From assembly GCA_951406725.2 (NCBI GenBank), contig OX597825.1, positions 2,046,001-2,110,000 of the forward strand: a stretch of DNA of 64,000 nucleotides, read 5' to 3'. The position numbers and the translations under genes are program-made. This document shows, piece after piece, positions 1-12,941 of the stretch; position 1 is the stretch's first letter; each line of letters begins with the position of its first letter. This stretch comes from Octopus vulgaris (lineage: Eukaryota). The notes under the pieces are model-generated. The model was given only the letters and a program-made list of their open reading frames with translations. It was not told the DNA's origin and did not search any database.

Positions 1-552
1 TAATAAAAAATAACAACACGTAAACGTAGCCATCAGTTACTTTTCCAATAAAAGCCGGGTAGCACACTCTGTGAACCGAAACACCATACATCATTGCATT
101 TTATATATTTTTTGTAAAGCATATACAATTTGTTTACATAAATTTTCATTTACTAACGGACACTAATATTTCACTGTTTGAAATGTTAGTGACTATTATT
201 AACTTAGGTTTCTCTTAGTGCTACTTTAGATATATTAGATTTCAATTTATCGATATTAATTCTTTAAAACTATGTGCGTGGACAAGTATAGCGCAGATTC
301 ACAATTTAGTTATGGAGAGAACTCCTTCCATCATCTCCACCCAAAATTCCTGAGAGGATCGTGGGGGATAGAGTCCTCAGGTATTTACTATTTAGGGTCC
401 AATCAAAAGCAACTGTCATTAGACTGGCCGGCTGGGTTCTCAAGCGTGACCAACTTGAGACTGTAGGTATTATGAAACTGTCTCGTTCTTGGTCTACTCT
501 TAGATCTCTTGAAGAATCGATCCCTCGATTCTTTCCTGCGACATTCTAATAG

Positions 553-764
553 GGGGTAAAATTAAAGGGGACAAACAAGGACAGACAAACGGATTAAGTC
601 GATTACATCGACCCCAGTGCGTAATTGGTACTTATTTAATCGACCCCGAAAGGATGAAAAGCAAAGTCGACCTCGGCGGAATTTGAACTCAGAACGTAAC
701 GGCAGACGAAATACGGCTACGAATTTCGCCCTGCATGCTAACGATTCTGCCAGCCCGCCGCCTT
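553..764 (-). mobile_element. tRNA-derived SINE, family A, near full length, with 10-bp TSD
   Basis: Minus strand reads GGCGGCGGGCTGGCAGAATCGTTAGC...GAGTTCAAATTCCGCC (A/B-box-like)...TTTGTCTGTCCTTGTTTGTCCCC. ATTCTAATAG is repeated at 543-552 and 765-774. Confidence 0.9.
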
Positions 765-1062
765 ATTCTAATAGTATCAAGAACTGTGAACTCTAAATGC
801 GGAGAGGTAGTTCTGATTGGAGAGACTTCCTGATCTCAAAGCTACGTACCCTGTCGAGTAAGTCATCTATGAATGGTTACGGACAGAAAGCATTTAATCA
901 TAGGTTAGCTCTAGGTCAAGAAAAGCAGAGTTGGTAGTAAGCAACAAGGGCAACAAAAACAGTCATTAGGGCGTTTCTTTTTTTCTGTCGCTTCTATAAA
1001 ATCTTCTTCACTGCTTCTTGTCCTGCAATGGAACACCTAATCCACCTTCCTCGTCATTTCTG

Positions 1063-1158
1063 AACCTCGGTGGAATTTGAACTCAATGCGTTAAGGCGGA
1101 CGAACTGCTGCTAAGCACTTTGTCCGGCTTGCTAGCGACTCTGCCAGATCGCTACCTT
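1063..1158 (-). mobile_element. SINE family A, 5' fragment
   Basis: cctcggtggaatttgaactc...ctctgccagatcgctacc matches the head of the 553-764 copy. Confidence 0.75.
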
Positions 1159-2158
1159 AATTTGAAACGGATATATTAAAATCTGTCGTATACTTGGTGA
1201 CTGATTTCTGTTTAATAAAAGCAGCCAATTGATGTGTGGACTGAGACATGTATTCGTATTTGCAGGAGATGGAGGTTAATTTCCTGATCACATGGTTGGA
1301 TTAAAGAGATACATTTAGGTCTCCGTAACTTAGTGGTTCGGTAAAAAATTTCGATAGAATGAGTACTAGGTGAGACCTCGGATAGTTGCACACCAGTGAC
1401 TGAAATATTTACGAGATAAAAGATTAAATTTATGTTGCACTTGTATTCGCCCACCAATATCTCGTGCTGTAAAATTCTGTCTTATTTTCAATTTGTATAA
1501 CTAATTCTGCTAAGAGTCACACTTATCTAAATAACGTTCGATGTAAAAAAATAATCCTTTCTTTTCCAGTATTGATATCATCAGAAATCTTGACACCTTT
1601 ACCGTGTGTTACGTTAAAACGCTTAATCAGGCATTATTTAAATGAACATATTAAAAAAAAAAGTATGGTGCCGGATTCAACAAGTTATTGCACACACATT
1701 TTACTGTTGCACTTTTATTCCATTTTGTGAAAAGTTCCAGCTTTTTTCACTGTTTACTCTGCTTGGATTTTACACTTCTAGCAATTTGAACATGTTTTTC
1801 TTGCCTGCCAGGTATCCGGGAGCGGAAGATGTTTTGCTAAAATTGCAAATGGGGATGATAACGAGTTCTTAAATTAATACAAATTTAAAGAATGTAATTA
1901 TTCTGGTGAAATAATGAAGTCTTACAAACAGCAACTCGCCTAAGAGGCTAAGGAGACCAAACGTGTCATGCATGGCATCCATAAATCGGACCGAAATTTG
2001 AAATGACGCCTTAATAAAAAAAAAAAAAATGGTGGGAATTTGCTGTATTTTACCTCACAAAAATAATTTCAGACAAGAATATCGAAAAATATGGTAGCTG
2101 TATAAATGCCCATGAAGACAATTTTGCCATATGAATATTATCCATCAGAGTAATAAAC

Positions 2159-2931
2159 ATGGTGCGCAAATATCTGTCTGTCTGTCTGTCAGCGGGACTG
2201 GAGCAAATTCCAGAATTTATAATTCTGCCGGATGTGACAAAACTGAGAGTCTCGCTCCTGGGCAGAACACCAAGATGTTTCGATTGCGGACTGAAGGGGC
2301 TCACAAGGAAAACGTTCGCGAAGACCCTTCAACCTGAAGCACAAGAAAAAAAAAAACAGGATGAACAAATGGAACAACAAGAGAAGCCTAACGAGGCAGC
2401 ACTAAGTGAGGAGGAGGAGAAACAGGAAGAGGAGTAGAATACAGTGGAGAAGGCGAATTGCGCGCCGGAGGAAGCTGGACCGTCCACATCTATCGAGGTA
2501 AGTGAGGTAGAATGGTCAGTTGCAGGGAGGAAGAGGAAGAAAAAATAATTTCTCCTTGTCACCCTCCAACAAACGCAAAAAACTTTTTTTATAACGAATG
2601 CACAAGAACAGATACGAACGCAGATCAAAGACATTACAAACAGCAAAAAGGAAAAAAAATACCAAAAAAAAAACACAAAAGAACACAGAATATACAACAA
2701 AAGCAACAAAGAGCAGGGAGAAAGAGACAAAAATAAAATAAGTGTTTTAAAACTCTTTGTAAAAATATTCAATGCCGTTATCTGCAGGGTGGGGTTCGAG
2801 TTAACGTCGTTCCACCTATTCATTTACCATCACCATTCTTTTCATTCGATTTTAATTTTCCCCACTTTTGTGTTTTGTCTGTCCTTGTTTGTCCCCTCTA
2901 TGTCAGACCCTGTGTGGCCAATAAAGAAATA
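2159..2931 (+). mobile_element. Non-LTR retroelement remnant: ORF1-like zinc-knuckle region joined to a 3' tail shared with SINE family A
   Basis: CFDCGLKGLTRKTF (2276-2317) has CX2CX4HX4C spacing, with H>L (CAC>CTC) and C>F (TGC>TTC) each one base away. An E/K/Q-rich stretch follows. 2874-2931 matches the SINE A tail and ends AATAAAGAAATA. Confidence 0.65.
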
Positions 2932-3254
2932 CAGTGTGTTTTGGGCAGGTGTTTCGTGAAGAAAATCATAGAAGTCGTTGAGAAGAGATATTATTTGTTA
3001 CGTGTTGTTTCTGATTTATATTTGTGTTGTTATAAGCTCCTAATAGGTTCACGTTATAAATTGACATATAAAGTGAGTTCAAAGGAGGACATAATGGTGT
3101 CGACGACAGACAACACTTTCAGCCATTGACAAAGGAAAATAGTCTGAAATCTAGCATAACTTTGAGAGTCTTCACAACAACTGAACATGTCGAAATCTAG
3201 GAACCCCATGTAGACCAATTGTTTGCATTAAACCGCCAATATCCACAGAACCTA

Positions 3255-3367
3255 AATATTACCCTTCAGTAGAAAAGTCTTAGTGAAAGGGACGGACAGT
3301 AGAATAGAACCAGAGAACATCTCGTTGGAAAGCCATCTACCTAACCACACTGCCATGCCTACGCCAT
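3255..3367 (-). mobile_element. SINE family B, decayed
   Basis: Minus strand ggcgtaggcatggcagtgtggttagg resembles the head of the 48697 copy. Confidence 0.55.
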
Positions 3368-3639
3368 TCAAGTACACAACATATACAGTACACATATCCT
3401 ATATCACTAGCAGCTACGTAGATGATAGTGTGCGTGTTTAGTTTGATTGAGGATACAGCAAATTTTCATTAAGAGTTTTGTAATAATGTTTTTTTTCTTC
3501 CTTTGTAATAAGGTACATGAAATGTCAAGTGTAGATTTATTTACACGTGCTGTAACAACTTGCTCTGCAACAGGCAAATACAAGTACTCTCTCGTACTTT
3601 TTACCGCACAGGCATACACAATGACATTCACTCACTTGT

Positions 3640-3654
3640 GTTTGTATATATGTA

Positions 3655-3701
<47 letters not shown>

Positions 3702-3955
3702 ATATATATACATATTGGTAAAAACGGTAAGATAACAAAAGAAAGAGACATACTTACAAATATATATGTATACATACACATATATATATATGTATGTATA
3801 CACTCATACTTACACTTACAGACATACACACACATATGTATACATATACATAAACAGTACAAGATATAGTAATATACGTATGCATATATATATGTGTGTG
3901 TGTACATATATATCTATATCTATACATCTAACTATATCTATATGTATACGTATAA

Positions 3956-4020
<65 letters not shown>

Positions 4021-4270
4021 TGTATGTATATGTATATATGTACATGTATATATATGTTTATATATATAGACATATATATATATATATATGTACAAGTATA
4101 TATATATATATATATATATATAAACATATTTATACATGTATGTATATATACAGACACACACACACAAAGCCATGCACGCATATACAATTGACTGCATATA
4201 TATGCATGAGTGTGTGTGTATGTGTGTGCGTGCGTGCGTGTGCGTGTGTGTGTTTGTGTGTGTGTGTGTT
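3640..4270. repeat. Compound (TA)n/(CA)n/(TG)n microsatellite region
   Basis: Directly visible. Confidence 0.95.
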
Positions 4271-4886
4271 ATAAACATACAATCAATTTGTACGTTCTGT
4301 CGTTTGAACCCAGCTCATTATAACCAACAACACGTTAGTATCGACTCCGCCAGCTTTTTAATTAAGGTAAATCTGCTTAGTCGCTTACATCGAGTTTAAT
4401 GTTACAGCTATTTCCTCATTACACGCACCGTTGCCTTTGATCAAAGTACAAAGAACATACAACTTCTTGAGCGCTTCAACACGAACCTAACCGCATCTAC
4501 TTGGTCGTCACTACGATTTTAATCATCACATATTCAGCACAATCTCACATCAGTATTCTCAATGTTTATCCTTCCTTCGTATCTAAAGCCAGGGGTCATT
4601 CGCTTTCAAGCAATTTTTCTGAATTGTTGCTGTTACTACTATTGTTGTTTTTTTATCATTATGTATCTTTTAAGACGAGTGTCTTCATCTAGCAGACATA
4701 TGTTCAAAGATGCTCTAGCAATGACCACCCAGTCGGTTTCTCTTACCATATGTTAATCTGGGCCTCATTATCCTACGAGTTTTTTTGTTGTGAGGTCATG
4801 ATTTCAGGCTTTTTGTACATCACTTAAATCAGTTGGGCAAACAACATACAGGTACACTAATTAGCTTCGTTAATTGTCAAGGTAAA

Positions 4887-4978
4887 TACATACATACATA
4901 CATACATACATACATACATACATACATACATACATACATACATACATACATACATGTATGTATACATACATAGATACA
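4887..4978. repeat. (ATAC)n microsatellite
   Basis: Directly visible. Confidence 0.95.
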
Positions 4979-5168
4979 CATCAGACTTTTTGGAATAGTG
5001 AATTGCAAAGCACATATAAACCATTCTATTTTTTCTGACCCAAAAGGCATTTTCATCCCAATATTTAAATGTTATTATTTATAGCTTTGTCTGTGCTTCG
5101 AGATCCACTGTATAAGAAGGGATTATTGTATTCTCTGGAATGTTTATAAAATTCTTATGGCATCAACG

Positions 5169-5200
<32 letters not shown>

Positions 5201-5221
5201 ACTCCCACTCACACATACTCA

Positions 5222-5432
5222 CAGAGCCATAAAAGTTCCTGGCGTTCAAAGTATCGTGGAAGGCCTGATTGGTGGCCCTACCTCCATGTTATTTTACAGG
5301 GTTTAGAATACCCGAAGATTCGCTGCAATACATGGGTGAATCTAAGATGGGAATATATTGAATATAATGAAAATTAACTGATCCTCCTGTATTTTCTCTT
5401 ATCCAAAGCCAGAAACTTTTCACCCCACCCCG
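5222..5432. mobile_element. Mariner-derived MITE (~210 bp)
   Basis: Imperfect TIRs aaaagttcctggc / gccagaaacttttcaccccaccccg followed by TA. The internal aattaactgatcctcctgtattttct is shared with 39410-39625. Confidence 0.7.
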
Positions 5433-5438
5433 TATATG

Positions 5439-5526
5439 TCCGTCCGTCCGTCCGTCCGTCCGTCCGTCCGTCCATCCGTCCATCCATCCATCCATCCATC
5501 CATCCATCCATCCATCCATCCATCCG
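5439..5526. repeat. (TCCG)n/(TCCA)n microsatellite
   Basis: Directly visible. Confidence 0.95.
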
Positions 5527-5705
5527 TGCATCTAATTTTCACATACTATACCTCGTAAATCTGTGAATGTAAAACCATCCAGATTTCTAAGTACCTTATT
5601 TCTTCTAATATATTATACCTGCAAATCACCTCCAAACCTTCTAATATATATATGTACATTTATATATATTATATATGTATATATATGCATATGTATATGT
5701 ACATA

Positions 5706-5736
<31 letters not shown>

Positions 5737-5744
5737 TCCTCTCT

Positions 5745-6215
5745 CTGGCCGCTTTCTTTCTACCCGCTGCTTTCAACAAGTCAACATCGACTTTCTCCTG
5801 TCTTCCGCAAGCCGATCTTCAGAATGCGTTCCAACGAATTTTTCCACCGTCTAGGCTTTAAAAAAAAAGCCCTTATTGTTGGTTTCCTTGTCCTGTTTTT
5901 ATTCTTTATGTGTACTGTTTTTTCTTCGTCTGTATTGCTTTTACATCCTGTTCTTGTCACTTTTTTTTTACCCCTCTGCAAAATAATTTTATTTAATTCC
6001 TTTTGCAGGAAGGACTGCTTAGGCCGGATTGTGTTCTGCCCTTACCTTCGAAACACGCATTGAGTCGAAACAGGGGCAGCTGATGAAAGGGAATATTCCT
6101 TGTATTGTTTGTCTTGTACTCTGTTTTGTCGTTGTTAAAAAAAGTCCGTTTCCTTGTTTGATTTTATGTTTTCGTTTCTCGTTGTGTTCTACGTTTATTT
6201 GTGGTGTCCTGTACT
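5745..6215 (+). mobile_element. Probable Penelope-like non-coding repeat with a hammerhead-like structure
   Basis: Sits between microsatellites. Contains CTGCCC...GGGCAG-CTGATGA followed by the hairpin AAGGGAATATTCCTT (6034-6102). The core is incomplete. Confidence 0.4.
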
Positions 6216-6386
6216 CATATATATATATAGATGTAGGTATTTACATATATGTATGTATGAATATGTTTTATTTATTAAATTATTATATATATATGTGTGT
6301 GTGTGTATATGTATACATATATATATGCATATATATATACATATGTATATATATATATATATGCATATATTTATATATATACACGC

Positions 6387-6418
<32 letters not shown>

Positions 6419-6469
6419 TTATGTATATATATATATGTGTATATATATACATGTACATATCTATATATG

Positions 6470-6655
6470 TATCATGATATATCACTAACCACTACACATT
6501 CTTTATTTTCTCTCTTTGTTTCCTTCTGTGTTCCTTTCTGTGGAAGAGCGTAGGCTCGAAACTTTAAAACTTTTCCTCTTCCAGAGCGTTATACTAATAC
6601 ATATATTTGTTGTCTACAACACCTGTCTTCGTCGTTTGTTCTTTTGTGAATTCTT

Positions 6656-6660
<5 letters not shown>
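6470..6660 (+). mobile_element. Short repeat with a variant hammerhead motif, copy 1
   Basis: TTT-CTGTGGA-A-GAGC-gtag-GCTC-GAAAC-TTT-AAA at 6535-6568. Homologous to the inverted copy at 7745-7930. (TA)n flanks. Confidence 0.65.
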
Positions 6661-6720
<60 letters not shown>

Positions 6721-6789
6721 GTTTTTTTAAATACAAATAAATGAAAGAATGGAGTTGAACGACGAATTAACAAATTTCCTTTATTTTAT

Positions 6790-6870
6790 TTTGGACATAT
6801 GTTTCGAAGGCTGCATATTCCTAATTTCGAAGGAATAAGGGGTGTATTATGCCGCCTTCTCATCAGGAAA
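6790..6870 (-). ncRNA. Hammerhead ribozyme type I, inverted copy
   Basis: TTTC-CTGATGA-GAAGGC...GCCTTC-GAAAC-ATAT-GTC-CAAA. The first stem I pair is mismatched. Confidence 0.75.
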
Positions 6871-7122
6871 AGTAAGGAACTTATGTCAGCATGAAGATGC
6901 ACAAAAACTTTTAGATGACTGCCCACAAAAAAACACACAAAATTCCACACGATAGCACGTGATCTCTGCCCTAGGCAGGTAGCTTCAACCGTGTTTTTCT
7001 GACGTGAATTTGCTACCCAGGTATCGGTTAACCGAATTATTCATAATAAGATAATTCATTCAACTACTCAATTATTCATATACAGTCTCCTTGAGATCCT
7101 GCTACCTTAACCGATACCGCAA

Positions 7123-7280
7123 ATGGAGTTGTTCGACACTAACGCATCCCATAAGGACATACCTATATCACCAAAAGAAACCTTCCTTAAGGAAATTGTT
7201 AACAAAACAAATGCATTTATCAACCGCATTAGATGGCTCGCCTTCTTCCACGATGATGAGGACATAAAACGAAAGAAACA
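7123..7280 (+). pseudogene. Truncated N-terminus of a Penelope-like element ORF
   Basis: SHKDIPISPKETFLKEIVNKTNAFINRIRWLAFF resembles the SxKNIPIP...FIxRMRWKAFF start of PLE RT/GIY-YIG proteins (recognised from memory). No RT domain follows. Confidence 0.7.
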
Positions 7281-7359
7281 CTCATTATCGCTATGGGCTC
7301 CGTATGGGCAGTCATCTAAAAGTTTTTGTGCATCTTGATGCTGACATAAGTTCCTTACT

Positions 7360-7440
7360 TTTCCTGATGAGGAGGCGGCATAATGCACCCCTTATTCCTT
7401 CGAAATTAGGAATATGCAGCCTTCGAAACATATGTCGAAA
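7360..7440 (+). ncRNA. Hammerhead ribozyme type I with extended stem II, canonical core
   Basis: Stem I TTTC(7360-63)/GAAA(7437-40); CTGATGA 7364-70; stem II GGAGGC/GCCTTC extended by GCATA/TATGC; GAAAC-ATAT-GTC with palindromic stem III. Predicted cleavage after 7436. Confidence 0.85.
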
Positions 7441-7661
7441 TTAAATAAAGGTATTTTGTTAATTCGTCGTTCAACTCCATTCTTTCATTTATTTGTATTT
7501 AAAAAAAACACACAAATTTCCACACGATAGCACGTGATCTCTGCCTTAGGCATGTAGCTTCAACCGTGTTTTTCTGACGTGAATTTGCTACCCAGGTATC
7601 GGTTAACCGAATTATCCATAATAAGATAATTCATTCAACTACTCAATTATATATATATATA

Positions 7662-7733
<72 letters not shown>

Positions 7734-7744
7734 CATATATACAG

Positions 7745-7927
7745 TTGGAAATCCCCCCCAAAAAAACAAAAGACGAAGTGAGATGTGTATACAACAAACA
7801 GATGTATTAGCGTAACGCTCGGGAATTGAGAAAGTCTTTTACGTTTCGAGCCTACGCTCTTCAAAAGGGAACACGGGAGAATAAACAGAGAGAGAGAATA
7901 AAAATGTTTAGTGGCTAGCGGTCAATC

Positions 7928-7930
<3 letters not shown>
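7745..7930 (-). mobile_element. Short repeat with a variant hammerhead motif, copy 2
   Basis: Minus strand TTTTGA-A-GAGC-gtag-GCTC-GAAAC-GTA-AAAG at ~7836-7868. Homologous to 6470-6660. Confidence 0.65.
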
Positions 7931-7967
<37 letters not shown>

Positions 7968-7998
7968 CAAAAAATAAAAACATGATGCAATGGATTTA

Positions 7999-8085
7999 GC
8001 GGTACATATGTTTCGAGCCATTATTAGACGGTTTATAACAATGCATAATTGATGTAAATGTGTGTCTATGGCCTTCTTCAGCCGC
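7999..8085 (-). ncRNA. Hammerhead ribozyme type I within a ~240-bp insert (7965-8205) in (TA)n
   Basis: GCGG-CTGAAGA-AGGCCAT-AGAC...GTCT..ATGGCTC-GAAAC-ATAT-GTA-CCGC. Confidence 0.8.
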
Positions 8086-8205
8086 GTACAATTACTACTT
8101 CAAGGACATGTATTACATTATAAGTTTTACGTTGGGGTTGCAAATCTTCATAGTCGCGTACGACAGAGCGAGGCACCAGAACAAAATCAAAGCGTCCATC
8201 CCCCC

Positions 8206-8239
<34 letters not shown>

Positions 8240-8241
8240 CT

Positions 8242-8276
<35 letters not shown>

Positions 8277-8495
8277 TGTGTGTGTATGTTTATATATAAA
8301 TGTGTGTATCTTCGTGTTTAACAGTAGATTATAGAGGTAAGCAATCTGTATAATCTATCACCCTTACGTTTCTCTATTTCTCTCACTCTTTTGCACATCG
8401 AGGTCCCCATGAAGGGTATCAAGATCGTGTCAGTTTTCCCTCGAGAAGAGGTTGTGAGCCTCTTACTCTTGCCCTCATCATCACCTGAGAAAAGA

Positions 8496-8550
<55 letters not shown>

Positions 8551-9327
8551 CTCTCATTAGATATCATGCAGCATAACAGAAACGGCTGACGGGAAACAAA
8601 GAACTGACCCCAGATTTTGATTGACATTTTATTCATTGACACGTTCTCCGGAAAGTAAAAAAAAAATGGGCAACCATAACGTTGGGTAGGTCTGACCTCA
8701 AAGCGCAGAGAACCGGAACTAATACCGTCAGCCATTTTATTCAACAAATCTGTTATTTTGCTGCCTTCATTAATGTTACTACTTCGATGAATTTGTTCTT
8801 TAATCTTTTGCCAAAGGTTTCTCTGTTTATTGTCTTGTTTATTGATGTGCAGTTCGTAGGTCCAAAGTTGATGCTAAAACTGATGATTATATTCGCTATT
8901 TGATAAGAGCCATATTGATCACCTCATACTGTCTTGCTTTTTTTTTGTTTTATGATTATCAAGGGTGAGATATATTGGCAGAATCGGTTGTGCGCAGGAG
9001 AGAATCGTTTGTTGTATTTAGTTACTATTTTTCTCTGTAAAATTAGTGAAAGGCAGTCTCGAGTCGGAGATTATTCAGTTTTTGGCTCTCTATCCAGGTC
9101 GATAATCCGTTGCAAGGTTAAGCTCCAGCTGACAGAACTCATTACTCAGCTGAGCAAAATAGAGCTGCGTGAAATGTCCCCTTTTATGTAGGGCACAACC
9201 TATCACTCAATCAGCAAATGGAACCCACGGCTTTAGGATCGTGCGCTCGTCGCTCTTTCTACTAGGCCACCTTCTTCCAATTTCGAATGGACTTGCACTT
9301 ACGCAGATGTTTTTTCTTCTTCTTCCA

Positions 9328-9640
9328 TAAAGTGGCAGAATGGTTAGCATGCGACACAAAGTGATCAGTGGCATTTCGTCTATCATAACCTTTTGAGTTC
9401 AAATTCCACTGAAGTCTATCGACGTTATTAAAACAAATACCGTTTGAGCACTGTAATCGATTAGCGTCCACCGCCGAAATTTCAGGGCTTCTTCCTATTC
9501 TGAGTTCAAATTCCGCCGAAGTTAAGTTTACATTTCATCCTACGTGGGTCAATAAAATAAAGTTCAAGTACTGGGTTTAAGGTGTTAACGAACTCCCTCT
9601 CCTCGAAATTGCTAAACACGTATCTAAGTCAGAAATTATT
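9328..9640 (+). mobile_element. Two tandem decayed SINE family A copies
   Basis: ggcagaatggttagc...gagttcaaattccactgaag, then a second gagttcaaattccgccgaag at ~9500. Confidence 0.7.
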
Positions 9641-9958
9641 GTTAATTTCTATTTTCCTGTTCAGGGTTTCAATCCCATCTTGATGATTTATCCACTTCTA
9701 TTATTCTGGTGTCAATAAAATAAAAGCAGTCAATCTTTGGGGCCGGAATGGTTAATATATGGTGTGGTCAAGAATCACATCCAATGTACACTTCCTTTCT
9801 CTTCAAATTTCTGGCATTGTTCCTGAGTTAGAAATCAATATCACTGCATAATCGATTGCTGTTATGCATATTTTATCAGACCTTAGGATTATTGATATTT
9901 CCCTTGCAGGATTCCTCGTCACTCGAGTTTCAAGATATTTTAAGGACGTACGCTTATA

Positions 9959-9996
<38 letters not shown>

Positions 9997-10041
9997 CATG
10001 TGTGTGTGTGTGTGTATAAATATATATTTGTGCTTGTGTGT

Positions 10042-10182
10042 GCGAGTTCAAATTCCGCTGAGGTTGACTTTGCTATTCTTCCTATTGGGGTCGATAAAAT
10101 ACGCACCAGTTGGGGACGAGTCGATGTAATCGACCATTCGACTCTTCCAAAATTTCCGGCCTTGTGCTTTTTGTAGAAAGGA
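10042..10182 (+). mobile_element. SINE family A, 5' truncated
   Basis: gagttcaaattccgctgaggttgactttgc...gtcgatgtaatcgac. Confidence 0.75.
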
Positions 10183-11052
10183 TTCCGGTGTAGATCTTGA
10201 CCATGTCATTTGGGTGCAACGTGAAGCGTCTGGTTCATTGCAACAGTAAATTTAAGTGATGAGAACGCAAACAGATCAAAGCCAGTTTTCAAGAATTCGA
10301 TGCTGATGCAAAGAAACAAAGGTGGACTCACATGGTGCAGACATACATATATATAGATATATACATATAGAAACATACACACGCGCACATACACATAAAT
10401 ACACACGCAATGGGTTTGCACACTCCTTCATTCTCTCAAATTCATTCGCAAGACTTTTGTCGGACCGCAAACGACACCTATTCAAATAGCCTCGCAGTGG
10501 AATTGAACCCAAAAGTACAGTCTTACGAAGCAAACTTCCTGAAACTCATAGACTTGCCTGCGTCTACAAAATTGACCTGGGTGAGATTAAACACCGAACG
10601 TAATGACATGATATTAAACATCGCATAGTTCCAGTGTCTTTTTGTTAATTATGAACAATTGAAACAACTCTCCTTTTATATTCAATCTTGTATATTTGTT
10701 ATTTATGTTTAATTCACTTTTGATATTCCCGTATGAGAAGATCTGTTGAGGCAACCAGTTTCTTTCGTACGGAATAATAAGTCAGTTATCGAAGCTACTT
10801 CACATATTATTCTGTTTAATCTTGTGATATCGACGTTCGTGTTTCTTTTCATTAACTACTCTGTGATGGCGAGCCTCTGCTTTCCATTTCCTCGTTCACT
10901 TTCATCCTTGAAATATACTTTCTGTGGTCAACAACAACATATTCTATAGAATTGTAGTCTTAAATAATTATATTCTTAAATAGTTAGCACCTTTATCTTG
11001 TCGTGTTCATGGTTTCTACTTTTAGAGTTTCCTTCTAAAAGTAGAAATCTTC

Positions 11053-11215
11053 CATAGGCGTGACTGCGTGGTTAGAAGCTTGCTTCCCACCCACGTCGTT
11101 CGTAGTTTAGTCCCACTGCCTACAAAGTTGGGCTGAGTGCCTTTTACTCAAGACCGACCGTGACTTTGTCAGTGGATTTGGTAGACAGACACTGAAAGTA
11201 GCCCGTCCTATATAT
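11053..11215 (+). mobile_element. SINE family B (tRNA-like head)
   Basis: aggcgtgactgcgtggttagaagcttgc...agtcccactgc...gtggatttggtagacagacactgaaagtagcccgtc, running into (TA)n. Confidence 0.75.
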
Positions 11216-11233
11216 GTATACATACATACACAT

Positions 11234-12070
<837 letters not shown>

Positions 12071-12191
12071 ACATATATATATATAGATATATATATACAT
12101 ATATATATAGATATATATATACATATATATATAGATATATACATACACATATATGCATATATAGATATATACATGCATATATATCTATACA

Positions 12192-12279
<88 letters not shown>

Positions 12280-12281
12280 AA

Positions 12282-12941
12282 TTTTATAATTATGCGTATA
12301 ATCATAATCAAGGTTCAGCAAAATTTGCTTCACCACGTACCGAAATTTAGAAATAGCAGTTAAAAACTACTATTCTACTACCATAAGATATCTCCCAGAC
12401 ACAAATACTCAACAACTCTCGCAGGTAAAGAGAAAAAAATAACGAATCTACCCGACTCTGATTAACTGTATACCCGTTTCGTATTTAGAGAGATGTGAAA
12501 AATGTAAAACCATATTTCTACTCAATAACTCTCCTCATCAGTAAAGTAATTCAAATTTTGAATTTGAGAGAACTGATAATTAACCTACGTATTTGGCCAA
12601 GCAACATCAAAACAGCATGTGTCCAAAGAGCAGTACTTCCGAATGAGATCTCGTGTTCCTCCTCACTCACCCACATGTGCGAACAAGTTAAATCCCGCAG
12701 AAACTGCAGTTTACTATCAGGGAGAGAATTATATTATCAATAATATAATAAAGGGTAAAATTAATTAATTAATTGATAATTAATAATTTTACCAAGTAGT
12801 ACGGCTTGTTAAAACAACCATTACCGGTAAACTTAAACAATTTTTTTTTATAATTATGAGTATTATTATAATTAGGGTTCAGCAAAAAATTTGCCTCACC
12901 ACATACCGAAATTTATAGTATAAATTATAATAATACTCATG

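Larger units (their letters stand above)
6720..7650 (+). mobile_element. Internally deleted Penelope-like element: inverted segment plus ~1.26 units of a 574-bp repeat
   Basis: 6720-6925 is the reverse complement of ~7305-7510. 6927-7075 repeats directly at ~7501-7650. Contains a PLE-like N-terminal ORF and two HHR copies. (TA)n on both sides. Confidence 0.85.

Noticed and set aside
553-764. tRNA genes at GTTCAAATTCC motifs
   Set aside because: These are B-boxes in multi-copy SINE heads and no complete cloverleaf is evident.
1812-1877. Possible terminal exon VSGSGRCFAKIANGDDNEFLN*
   Set aside because: Only an acceptor-like site and 21 codons, with no supporting exons or motif.
3447-4399. 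Long YI/CV/HT-rich ORFs here and at many other sites (for example 13122-13464, 31698-32225, 43824-44516)
   Set aside because: They are translations of stop-free microsatellites, not genes.
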